A stretch of DNA of 64,000 bases, taken from positions 248,001 to 312,000 of the forward strand of contig CAUYUJ010000003.1 of assembly GCA_963575745.1 (NCBI GenBank), given 5' to 3'. Each line of letters opens with the position of its first letter. Within the stretch, counting starts at the first letter, position 1. Positions 22,181 to 32,683 of the stretch are shown in pieces. The stretch is from Prorocentrum cordatum (lineage: Eukaryota). The notes below the pieces were generated by a model. That model was not told the DNA's origin and did no database searches. It saw only the letters and a list, made by a program, of their open reading frames with translations. A program made the position numbers and the translations under genes.

Positions 22181-23740
22181 TCAAAGACACCACTGGGTGG
22201 CCGACGGCGCGGCGGTGATGTTCCGAATGGCCTCCTGGAGGTCACGACGGTCCAGGCCGAGGGCGCGGATCCCCACGTCGTTCCAAGAGAGCTCAGGGGG
22301 TTCATCTCCTGGCCGGGGGACAAGCCGCAGGATGTCGGTGTAGTCAGACTTGAGAACACTCCGCTCCCGATCAACAAACCACTTTCTCTGACTGTCGAGC
22401 TCCATGAGGGAAGAACGGACCTTACGAAGGAGCATCTCACCACGAACCTGTTTCGGCGACTTGTCAGGACCAAAGTGAAGACGGGCTGGGTCCGCACCTT
22501 GAGCTGGGCACTGGAAGACCCGCCATGCTCCGTCCGACTTGAGGTTAGCGAGGGCCTTTTGCACACGTCGGGAGGCCAGGCCGATCGGCCCAGAGAAGCA
22601 CACGGCAAACTTTTTGGCGGGGAGCGGCGTGAGGGCTTTGATCGTGTACGTGTCGTCCTCAGAGAAGTTGAGCTCGCCCATGAAGGAGTTGACCACCTCA
22701 CGGACGCCAGCCAGACCGACGAGCTTGGACGAGACCACAATGACCTGCGTCGGGTCGATCTCGCGGTCGAAACCAGGTGGGGCAGGGGGACGCGACGGAA
22801 GTTGTCGGTCCAGCTCACTCTGGCGGCGTAGCTCCTCGACCTGCTTCTGCAGCTCAGCCAGCTTGGTAGCCTGGGCCTCGATGTCCCGCTCAGTGTAGTC
22901 GACACGACGGGATAGGGCGTCATGCTGCTCCTGAAACTGGCGCTGCATGGTATCAAACTGCGGACGCACCGATGCCATGACCTGCTGATCAATGGAGGTG
23001 TGCTGCGAGGAAAGCTGCTTCTGAAGAGTGGCGAGCGTGGCAACGATGGGAGCGTTTGACTGCTGTACAGAATTGGTGATGGCCGTAGTAACGATATTGT
23101 CGAACTCATTGCGCAGCTGCATGAACCTCGCGGAGATGTCGGCATGGTAGAAGGCCCGAGTGAAGGCAGCATGCTCCTCCTCTTCGCCACAATCAGCAGC
23201 ACCACCAGCAGCAGCCTGAGCCCGCGGGGTGGCGCCCGCACCCGCCGCCGCGGCCCAGGGGTCGAAAAGCCTAGCAGCAGGGCCCTGCGGGGTGGCGTTC
23301 GGGTCGGGTCGCGCCTCCTGCGACGGGAAGGTAGCGGCCATCTCGAGCTCTGCAGCCACCTGTGCACGCTTGGAATCGTCCCATTCGTCCAAGGGAATAG
23401 CTTGAGCACCGCGAGATGCTCCCAGAGCCGCAGGGTCGGGGCCCCGATGCGAGGCTGCAACACCAGGAGACATAGGGACGTCCCCGCCAGCGCCACGAGC
23501 GCGGCCAGCACGGCGAGCACGGCGAGAGGGCTCAGGAGCAGGGCCAGCATTGCCGTGGGAGGAAGGCCGAGCGCGAGCTGCACGACGAGCACCACGGCTG
23601 CCACCGCTCCGAGAGGCAGAGCGGCGGGGTTCCTCAGAGGAATCACGGCCACCAGAGGAAGCAATCTCCGTATCAATATCTTCACCCCCATCGAGACGAT
23701 GCACGACATGGTGTGGGCGGTCGCAGGCGGCAGGGCCCAT
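22181..23740 (-). CDS. LINE-A ORF1 (519 aa), probable RNA-binding/chaperone protein
   Basis: First ATG after the SL. R/S-rich N-terminus, coiled-coil-like segment (LSRRVDYTERDIEAQATKLAELQKQVEELRRQ) and a globular-looking C-terminal part. Stop lies 13 nt before the ORF2 ATG. Confidence 0.85.
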   Translation of the reverse strand: MGPAACDRPHHVVHRLDGGEDIDTEIASSGGRDSSEEPRRSASRSGGSRGARRAARARPSSHGNAGPAPEPSRRARRAGRARGAGGDVPMSPGVAASHRGPDPAALGASRGAQAIPLDEWDDSKRAQVAAELEMAATFPSQEARPDPNATPQGPAARLFDPWAAAAGAGATPRAQAAAGGAADCGEEEEHAAFTRAFYHADISARFMQLRNEFDNIVTTAITNSVQQSNAPIVATLATLQKQLSSQHTSIDQQVMASVRPQFDTMQRQFQEQHDALSRRVDYTERDIEAQATKLAELQKQVEELRRQSELDRQLPSRPPAPPGFDREIDPTQVIVVSSKLVGLAGVREVVNSFMGELNFSEDDTYTIKALTPLPAKKFAVCFSGPIGLASRRVQKALANLKSDGAWRVFQCPAQGADPARLHFGPDKSPKQVRGEMLLRKVRSSLMELDSQRKWFVDRERSVLKSDYTDILRLVPRPGDEPPELSWNDVGIRALGLDRRDLQEAIRNITAAPSATQWCL

Positions 23741-23882
23741 GGCGGCTCAGCTCGCGTCGTTGTAGCCAAAATTGGGAGCGTGCTGTGGCGCACGACAGGA
23801 AGGAGAGAGGCGTCCTGGCCTCGGAAGGTTCGGGCCTCCCTGTCGCCTGCGACAAGGCTGAAGCCCCAGGGCAGGTTTCAAC

Positions 23883-23903
23883 CTTGAGCCAAAATGGCTA
23901 CGG
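23883..23903 (-). other. Perfect dinoflagellate spliced-leader copy (CCGTAGCCATTTTGGCTCAAG)
   Basis: Plus strand cttgagccaaaatggctacgg is the exact reverse complement of DinoSL positions 2-22. Confidence 0.97.
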
Positions 23904-23904
23904 G

Positions 23905-23946
23905 GGAGAAGGAGGAGGAGGAGGAGGAGGAGGAGGAGGAGGAGGA
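23905..23946. repeat. (GGA)n tract containing the right copy of the candidate TSD (23905-23920)
   Basis: ggagaaggaggaggag matches 16088-16103. Confidence 0.8.
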
Positions 23947-25302
23947 TGGGGAAGAGAGGGACGGGGAGGAGGAGCGTGTTGCCCCCTGAACAGCAATTGC
24001 GCTCAGGGTAGTTTGCTCCCTGTGGTGCGGACAAAAGAGAGACAGGGTATTGCACGGGGGGAATAGAGAGCCAGCTCAAATAGCTGGCTTCTCTGGCGCC
24101 CCACAGCGTAGGAGGGGGCCTGTGTATCGAAAGGCTGGCCGGGCAGCGGGGCAGAAACCAGCTACGTGCAATGCGTGTTGGAGCACTCCTTTACTGAGTC
24201 CCCCCTTCCGTCCGACTTGAGCGGTGGAAAAGGGGGTTAAGGGCGATAAGAGTAGGCGTGGCAACCAGCCCATCATCGCCCCCCCAGCGGTCTCACGCAG
24301 CCGATGCGGATACGTACCCAAAAACGTATGGCCGCAGTAACGTTGGCCATCCTGGTGCCAGATCTGGAACAAACGCCGCGAAAAAAACATCGAACGATGG
24401 TTGTTTAATGACATATTGTGATTAACAAAAGGCCCCACTGGGGTTGATGAACAGACCCCGCGGGGCGCGGTACTTTTTTTTTCAAAAAAAAATAATCACG
24501 CGTGCCAGGGGGAAGGAGGAGAGGGGAGGGCGAGGGGGGATAAGAAGGAGAAGGAGGAAGACGAGGAAAGAGAGGCACGAGGAGGAGCAGGAGGAGGAGG
24601 AGGAGGACGAGGAGGGGAAGGAGGAGGATGAGGAGAAAGAGGACTACCCGCTTTGCTCGGGTCGGACGGAAGGCTGGGAAAGGAAAGGGGGAGTTGCAAA
24701 GCCTGCTGCGCGCAGCTGGTTTCGGTCGCCCCGCCGAAAGGCCATTCCTCGACGCATGCCGCTTTCGGCGCAAGGAGGCGTTTGGATAATCGGCGACGTG
24801 AGGTTCTTGGCAAATGCCCCCTCTGCTGCGCCCCACTTTCGTCCAGCCCGCTTCGCCCGCGGGCCCGCATCGGCTCGACAGACAGAGGCGCCCTGGCTCG
24901 CCCTTGCCCCCAAACAACCCCCCCTTGCCCCTCGTTGGCGGCAGGGCGTCGGCGCCAATCGCCGGCGCCGTTCCGTGGATGTTCAATATGGCGGGCGCCT
25001 GCCCGCGATTCGCCCGAGCGGGGGAACTGTCTTTAAAACGCGCGCCCCTTGCATATTTGTTAATCACAAGCTGACATTCTGGCTCTTCGCTGCGTTGTTC
25101 GGGTTGCGCACCAAAGCCTAGGTTCTTTCCCTCCTACCAGCCCCCCCTCTGGACAATCTGCGGCGAGGCGGCCAAATGCGCCGCGCTCTCCCCCGGGGTG
25201 TTCGGCCTTCACCCCCGCCCGCGGCCGCCAAGACTGGGCCAGATCCATCGGCCGTCGGCGGTATCATGCCCAGAAGTTTACAAGACAGGGAGGATCCTAC
25301 TC

Positions 25303-26515
25303 TTCCTCCTCCTCCTCCTCCTCCTCCTCCTCGTCCTCCTCCTCCTCCTCCCTCCTCCTCCTCTTCTCCCTCCTCCTCCTCCTCCTCCTCCTCCTCCTCC
25401 TCCTCCTCCTCCTCCTCCTCCTCCTCCCTCCTTCCGACCGCTTGACTCGCGCCCATGGCCGGGCGGCGCGCCCAGCCGGGCCGCCCGGCGCGGGCTCTTA
25501 TATGTCCCGCAGGTGGGGCTCCTAGCGCCCAGCCCGCGGCAGCCCTTCCCCACGGCCATGGGGCGTGGCCGGTGGCGCCCGACGCTGCCGCGGGGGGCCC
25601 CTGCACCCCAGCCCCCCGGGGAAGGGGGCCCCCTGGCGGCCCCCGCAACGCCAAGCTGGACCAGTGTTCCGTGGGTCGCTTCCGGCAGCCACGCTTGGGG
25701 CGGGTGGTTGCACGGCAGGCATTTTCGCCAGAGCGGGATGGCCCCTCTTCTTCCTCCTCCTCCTCCTCCTCCTCCTCCTCCTCCTCCTCCTCCTTGTCCT
25801 CCTCCTCCTCCTCGTCCTCCTCCTCCTAGTCCTCGTCATCCTCGTCCTCCTCGTCCCCCTCGTTTTCCTTGTCCTCCTCCTCCTCCTCCTTTTCCTCGTC
25901 CTCGTCCTCCTCCTCCTCCTCCTCCTCCCCTCCTCCTCCTCCTCCTCCTCCTCTTCCCCCTCCTTCCCCTCCTCCCCTTCCTCCTCCCTGCCCCCCTCCT
26001 CCTCCTTGTCCTCCTCCTCCTCTCCTCCTCCTCCTCTTCCTCCTTTCCTCCTCCTCGTCCTCGTCCTCGTCCTTCTCCTCTTCCTCCTCTTCCTCCTCTT
26101 CCTCCTCCTCTTCCTCCTTCTCCTCCTCTTCCTCCTCTTTCTCCCTTCCCTCGTCTTCCGCCTCCTCCTCCTCCTTTTCCTCCTCTTCTTCTTTTTTGAC
26201 GCTGATCGGACTTCACTTGAGCAGCTGTAGCGCTCTGAGAAAAACCTGGCTGGCGCCGCGGAACAACTTGGAAAATGAGCCGGCGACGAGTGGAGAAAAA
26301 ATAGTAGGCGCCCGCCAGGTGGGCAAGCATTTATCCTAGTGTAAGGGCACCCCACACCTCAACACATACAACCTAACCCCCTCCGTAAATCAAGGTACTT
26401 GCTGCCAGGAATAATGCACGAGGTAACTACTGTGAACAGGTGCGGGGGTCTTCCTTCCCCTCCCCCTCCTCCTCCTCCTCCTCCTCCTCCTCCTCCTCCT
26501 CCTCCTCTCCTCCTC
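25303..26515. repeat. Cluster of (TCC)n microsatellites (about 25303-25430, 25746-26195, 26460-26515)
   Basis: Directly visible. Confidence 0.95.
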
Positions 26516-26569
26516 CATTCCTTTTCCTTATCAGTAACCTCCCCCTGTCGCACCCCGAGGCCAATGTTT

Positions 26570-27172
26570 AAGGCGGGCCGGGCGTTTCGCCTGAGACTCC
26601 CTCACCATGCACGACTCCGAAGCTAAAAAATCACAACAGTTTCACCGATGGACGGCGGGGGGGGGGGTCAAAATGTGGCTCTCGCCTTAGCCCCGCGCAC
26701 ATTCGTTTTCAACATTTACAAGGGCTTCACGGATTCAGGGCGGGTGTTTTTCAAAATGTGGCTCTCGCCTTAGCCCCGCGCGCAGTCGGTTTGAACATTT
26801 GCAAGCGTTTCACGGACTGAAGGCGGGTGGTTCTCAAGGTAGATGTGGTTCTCACCTTGGCGCCGCGCGCAGTCGGTTTGAACATTTGCAAGAGCTTCAC
26901 GGATTGAGGGCGGTTCCTTTTCAAACTGTGGCTCTCGCCTTAGCGCCGCGCGCATTCGTTTTCAAAGTTTACAAGAATTTCACGGATCCCCGTGATCAGC
27001 GTACCAAAAAATGTGTTTTTGAAGGATTCCAGATTTTGCGGGTGCAACAGCTATGTTGATTCGCGGTGTTGAAGCGATTCTGGGTCGTCACGACGCGGCG
27101 GGCAGGTTGATTCGTGGCGTTTAATCCCAAAAGTTAGGAGCTCTCTGGTGGCTCGCGGGTTCCCTGGGCCAC
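26570..27172. repeat. ~83-87-bp minisatellite plus tail, paralogous to 8845-9480
   Basis: Core at about 26678, 26761, 26848 and 26931. Confidence 0.85.
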
Positions 27173-27959
27173 GGACGGTGTGCGAACCGCACGCTTCCCG
27201 CGGCAGCTGGCCCATGCCGGAAGCCGAGCGGCGGAGGAGGCCACGAGAAGGCGCGAGGCGGCGGCTATCAGATTAAAGAAATGCTGCGGCGACACCTGTG
27301 GATTACTCTACAGGGTCAACCCGAAACTCAAATGAAGAAAGAGCCAACATCGGGCCGCAGCTAGGAGGCAGGAGAGGCAGCGAAGGGGAAAGAGGAGAAA
27401 AGGCGATAGCGTATGGGCAACCAGCCGAATCAATCAACACCTGGCAGCACCATTGCTGGGTGGACGCCGGCGTGTCGCACAAAGCTCGGAATGGGGGAGA
27501 AGGAGGAAAAGAAAGTGGAAAGGACGCCAGGTCACAGCCATTGGCTCCGCTGGCGGGCTACCAAACTCGAGCAGTACAGACAGTGGCAGTCGAAGACAAG
27601 GGGAACTAAAGACAATGGATGTGAGTAAATCATCCGCGGCGCACCGAGGCCACCAGAGGCGTCAACCCCAGCCGAATGGAGGGGACGAGGCATCTGAGCG
27701 GGCGGGCGCCCCGAAAGAGGCCCGAAGCCCAATTGCAACAGGAACAAGTCTAATTCAAGCATGGACAATGGACCGGCCCAGAAGGAGGAGGAGGAGGAGA
27801 AAGAGGAGGAGGAGGAGGAGGAGGAGGAGCCGAGAGAGGGAGGGAAATTGCCCACACGCGCTCAGGAAGCCTTCAGACCATCGAGTACACGAGAATCACG
27901 ACCAGCCCCTCGGTGAAGGTATAGGTAGGCGCAAACCCCATCGTTCGTGCTGGGGTCAT

Positions 27960-29165
27960 TGCTAGCCGCGGCGTTGCTGAAGGCGCTGGCGGTGGCGCTG
28001 GCGAGTGCGTAGGCGTAGCTGCTGACGTCAGTGCCGGCGGCGTCGGGGTAGTGTAGGCGCCAGCGTTGGTGCTGGCGTAGGTGTCAGCTGTCAGCGCCGA
28101 TGCTGATCTCGGTGGCGTCGTGGGCGTCGATGTTGGCGCAGGCGCCAGCGATGACGGTGCTGGTGACGACGGTGGCGTATGCTCTGGCGTTGGTGCTGGC
28201 TCCAGCTTGATGGCTCAAGCATGTTGGCTCCGTTTGTGCGGACTTGGTTCCGTTTGTGCGTCCTTGCATGGTCTGCGCACCATGGCCGCAGCAAGTACGG
28301 GAGGAGGCAGCAGTAATTTGAAGCCGTCGTTGGTGCTGTCGCCGGCGCTGGCGTCGATAATGGCGCAGGCGCTGCCGTTGGTGCAGGCGCAGGCCTGGGC
28401 GATGGTGCTGGCGTTGACGCATGCGCTTGTGGAGAGGTCCGAGTGAGCCCCGACCATGTTCTCAGAAGCGCTGGGCATGTTGACTGTGTGGCGGCATCCT
28501 TGGGCCTGGAGCGTGTCCTCATAAGCGTTGGGCATTTGAAGTGTGCAGCGGCATCCTTACTTTCGACTGTGTGGCGGCAACCTTGTTTACCAACATGCGT
28601 GGTGCTGCAAATCAGGTGCGTGGGTCGGAGCTAGCCTGCACATCGCGCCCAAAGCTGTAGCCTCGCCGTCATCTGCACAGCAAGTCCCACAGAGGCTCAT
28701 GGAAACAGCCCACCCCAAAACGTGACGTAACTCCACACGGTGGTGCTGTTAGAGGCGCTGGCGTTCATGCCGGCGCAGGCGCCATCGTTGGTGCTGTCGT
28801 CGGTGCTGGCGTCGGCGGTGGCGTAGGCGCTGGGGTTGGTGCAGGCGTGGGCCTGGGCGATGGTGCTGGCGTCGATGCTGATGCTGGTGCTGGTGGGGTT
28901 CTTGCAGTCATGCCAGCGGAAGCGTCTGCTTTGGTACTGACGTCGGTGTTGGTATTGGCGTCAATGCTGGCGCTGGTGATGGTGGAGGCGCTAGCGTTCA
29001 TGCCGGCGTAGGCGCCAGAGTTGGTGCTGTCGCCTGTACTGGTGTCAACGGTTGCACAGGCCCTGTCGTTGGTGTAGGCGTAGGCCTGAGCATTGGCGCT
29101 GGCGTCGATGCTGGCGTTGGTGCTGGCGTAGGCGCAGGCGTTGGCGGTGGCGTCGGTGAGACGGT
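27960..29165 (-). repeat. Degenerate 12-bp-period repeats reading as Pro/Thr/Ala-rich (TPAP) peptide on the minus strand
   Basis: ggtgctggcgtc-like units; broken ORFs contain TPAPSPRPTPAPTPAPT. No intact gene is evident. Confidence 0.6.
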
Positions 29166-29442
29166 CGGCGCGAGGGCCGCTCACCAGGTTGATGCGAGAG
29201 TCAACGAACTGGTCAGCGCAGAAATCGGCAAACTCATGAGCACTGATCGTCCAAAGAAGCTGGGGCGTCCTCGGACTTGAAATCGGCAACGTCGGCGGCG
29301 TGGAGAAACAAACGCAAAAGCACGACGGACAGAAAGACCCGAGTAGGATAACATGATGTGAAGTGGAACGCGTTGCGCTCAGAGAAGGTCAATGTGTAAA
29401 ACAACGTACAGGCACTGACACCTGTCATCCCCGTCCAGAACA

Positions 29443-30435
29443 TCATCTATTAGCGGCCCCCCACAGGATGCGGTAGACGGCGAAGAGGAAGAAAAGGTCA
29501 ATGTACTCGTCGTCGTACTCGTCGGGCTGGGCGCTCAGCAGCCGCCTCTCGTGGTCGCCGTAACCACGTCCAAAACATCCGCAAGCCGTTCGCAGACGGG
29601 CACAACCGCGGCACGCCTCGTGAAGCAATTGGTCCATGTATTGCGAAACATACGTCGTCTGATCCGCGGAAGCCTGCCCGCCTTGGTGGCGCATGTGGTT
29701 CACAATGCGATATAGAACGTAAGTGGATACGGCTTGACGCATCAAGGTATCATCGTCCATCGGCGTGCCCAATACGGCATGCAGCAAACCATGTTGCAAA
29801 ATATCTTGTCCCAGCCGTCGTCGCTGCCAGCCACGTAAAACTGGACATTGGCAGTACTGCTCCACAGCGTCTTGGGCCTTTGGGCTGCATCGGAGTATGC
29901 ATGGGCCATGTTGTCCCCGGAGGCTGCGCATGCGGCGGTCTGTCGTCCATCTGTTCAGCACAGTGCTCAGAGATGCTGCGCATAGCCTCGGCGGCACCAG
30001 GCGTCGCAGTCGTTGTAGTTGCTGTGCTACTCTGCGTGCCAGCTGGCCTGGGTAGACGGGCAGTCTCCAGCGTGATAGCCGCCCACGTAGACGCCACTCC
30101 ACACTGTAGTTGTCTTGCCGGAGCAGCCACTCCATGAACCATCGCTGCGTGCGCTTCTTGAAGCGTTTGTGGGCAGGTCTCGCCAACGGACCTGTGTCCG
30201 CCCCACCGAGGTCCAATCGGGCTGCGCGAATGTGGATTCCAGTAGCCGCGAGAGCTCGAGCTAGATCTCTAGCCACAAGATTTGGCAATGTTTTGGCATG
30301 ATTGAGGATCTTCAAACGGTCGTCTTCCAACGAGGCAGTTCCCTCAATGGAAATGAACCGTCGTAGGGGCCGATGAAGAGGCAGCTTGGAGGAAGTGTTA
30401 ATTCCAACATTGTTGATGAATCTTGGGTTTACACC
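29443..30435 (-). mobile_element. 5'-truncated LINE fragment (ORF2 C-terminus related to LINE-A)
   Basis: LVPPRLCAASLSTVLNRWTTDRRM...CILRCSPKAQDAVEQYCQCP aligns by eye with LINE-A LVPQSWAMAALRTWGHGWLTSHRI...CRFGCPGPDRLQHYLRCP; abuts (TCC)n at 30438. Confidence 0.8.
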
Positions 30436-31504
30436 GGTCCTCCTCCTCCTTCTCCTCCTCCTTCCTTCTAAGACCAAGGTCGGGCTTAACGGCGATGTTG
30501 CTGAGCGGTAATGTTGGGAACCAAGGTGTAGGGAATCACGAACAACACCTTTATACATTTCCATTCTGCGAATGGATCGAGCGAACACGACACAGCAAAT
30601 GGTGGGAACGCGTAAGCCACGCGTTCCCACACTACCGAAACCTACATCGCCGTTACCTACACCGCCGTGAGCCCGTCTAGCCAAGAACTCCGCCCTGCTT
30701 CTGAGAAAGCTGCCCCCATCGCGCCAGCCGCCCTTATTCGGGGATCACCAAATTTGCCCGCACCCGGACGTGCATTTCCAGTGTTTCTTTTTGTTATCGA
30801 TGGCGCGCGTCCATTCTTCGAAAGGACCCGGGATGCTCCTCAGTGGTCCTCGCCGAGGAGAGAAAAAACGCACACGTTCGAGCGATTTCAAGCAAACGGT
30901 GTGGTGACCACGCCGTGTGATGAGTCGGTTGGGATTTGGGGTCACCGTGCGGTCTTGGGACTCGAGCCGCTCTCCCAGGGACGTCTCGGGCGACTGGAGC
31001 CTCCAGGGGCCCCAGCACCGTGCGGTGACGGACCGCGCGGTGAGGTCTCTTGGGGTCCAAAGGTCACCACGCAGTACGTCACCGCGCGGTTTTGGGGGTC
31101 CCCGATACTCGTGCGCGAAGCCAGAACTTCCTGGAAACTGGCCCCCTGCCTCCTAAGAACCCCCCCCCCGTTTCTGATAGGGCCGGCCCCCTCGCCGCTC
31201 CCAGGCGCTCCCAGGCCCTGCCGAGTGCTCGCAGGCGCTCCCAAGCGCTCCCGAACGCACCCAGGCGCTCCAAGGCCAGGCGCTCCCAGACACTCCCAGG
31301 CGCCACCGCCCCGTGCGAGCCGCCCCCTCCCCCCCCCGACAAAGAAAACTGTGCCCCGGTGCACAGCGCCCCGCTCCCGCGCAGGGCCGCACGGAGGTGC
31401 GCGCGGCACCTGGTCGAGCTCTCGCTGCGCCTCCAGGGCCTCGTCCTCGAGCTCCTGCACGCGGGCGCGCCATGGCCGTCTTGGCCGTCTTCGCTGCCTG
31501 GTTG

Positions 31505-31505
31505 A

Positions 31506-31557
<52 letters not shown>

Positions 31558-31625
31558 TTCGTCGTCTTCGTCGTCTTCGTCATCGTCGTCGTCATCGTCG
31601 TCGCCATCGTCGTCGTCAACGTCGT
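31505..31625. repeat. (GTC)n microsatellite
   Basis: Directly visible. Confidence 0.95.
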
Positions 31626-32487
31626 TTTCGCTGCGTCGTTGTTTGGATTCGGCCAAAGGCCGGCCACCGAATTATAATCAAACCCAGGTCAGTGGAGGGC
31701 GGAAGAAGGGGGAATTGGATTGGCCTCACTGGGCTCTTAAACCTGGGCCAGCCAAAGGGGATTGGCTGAACCCAGTCAGCGCTGACCCGCCTTACGTGAG
31801 CCCCGAGTCGTCGTTTGCCCGCTTCCTCCGGAAGCGCGGCCGCGCGCTGTGGTTGAGCGGCCGAGCCCGTCGGCACCAATGCACGCACCCCGACCTGCAC
31901 GGGCCAGCAGCACAGCGGGGCGGCTCCTCCGGGCGCCTCGGAGCGGGAGGCCGCGCAGTCAGCACACCCCAGGAAGCCTGAAGCTCGAGGCCCCAGCTGC
32001 AGGCTTGCAATAACCCTCGCACTTAATAAACTGTTGTTGGGCGGCTGAATAACCCGGGTTGCGCTCTGCGGTTTTCGATCATGGCTGCCCGAATCTGCCC
32101 TCCACATCGCCGATGCGTCGGTGACATCGGCGATGCATCGGCGACATCCCAGGCCCCCGACGTCATGATTTTTTCAGGACGTCGTCCTGGACCCACTCTC
32201 TGGGACCAGCTTCTCATCCAGAGCCGCTTTTTGACGGTCTCGAGGCCTGGCTCTGTCTTCTGTCACGGATCCGAGGGGTCTGGCATTGGCGTGCAGAGAG
32301 TCGGGCTCCAGGTCGAGCCGCATCGCCGCTGCACCAGCGATGCGGCGCAATCCCCCGGGGGGGGGGGGGGCTTGCGGGAACAGCCCGTGCTCGCGCGCGC
32401 CCGTGCCCCGAGCCGTGGCCAGAGGCCCCAAGCCCAGGGGGGCACCACGCCGGCGGAGCCGGCGAGGGCGGGTGGCAAGAGAGGGTC

Positions 32488-32683
32488 GAAGAATACAAAG
32501 CTGCAAAAACATAAACTTTCGGAGGTCCGCGAGGATTTCTGGGGTCGGCGTTGGGCCCCCCTCCCTGGTGCGCGGAGCGCGCCAGCTGCGGCGACGGAGG
32601 CGCCGCGAAGGGGCTCTGACGCCGATCCGAGAAACCCGCGCGGAGTTCCGAAAGTTTATGCTTGTGCAGTCTTGGTCTTCTTC
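32488..32683. repeat. Foldback element with ~70-bp imperfect inverted arms
   Basis: ctgcaaaaacataaactttcggaggtccgcgaggatttct... pairs with ...agaaacccgcgcggagttccgaaagtttatgcttgtgcag. Confidence 0.85.

Larger units (their letters stand above)
16104..23904 (-). mobile_element. LINE-A: full-length, apparently intact APE-type non-LTR retrotransposon (~7.8 kb) with a 5'-terminal spliced leader and no poly(A) tail
   Basis: Two uninterrupted ORFs, DinoSL at the 5' end, candidate 16-bp TSD; ORF2 stop lies 31 nt from the 3' junction. Confidence 0.93.

Noticed and set aside
23860..23946. Bona fide SL-RNA gene
   Set aside because: The SL runs directly into the LINE 5' UTR, lies inside the candidate TSD, and its upstream flank is microsatellite.
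15455..26355. Poly-Pro/Glu/Arg/Leu ORFs outside LINE-A
   Set aside because: Translations of (TCC)n/(GGA)n tracts.
28204..28220. Plus-strand tggctcaag as an SL relic
   Set aside because: Only 9 nt match and there is no associated element boundary.
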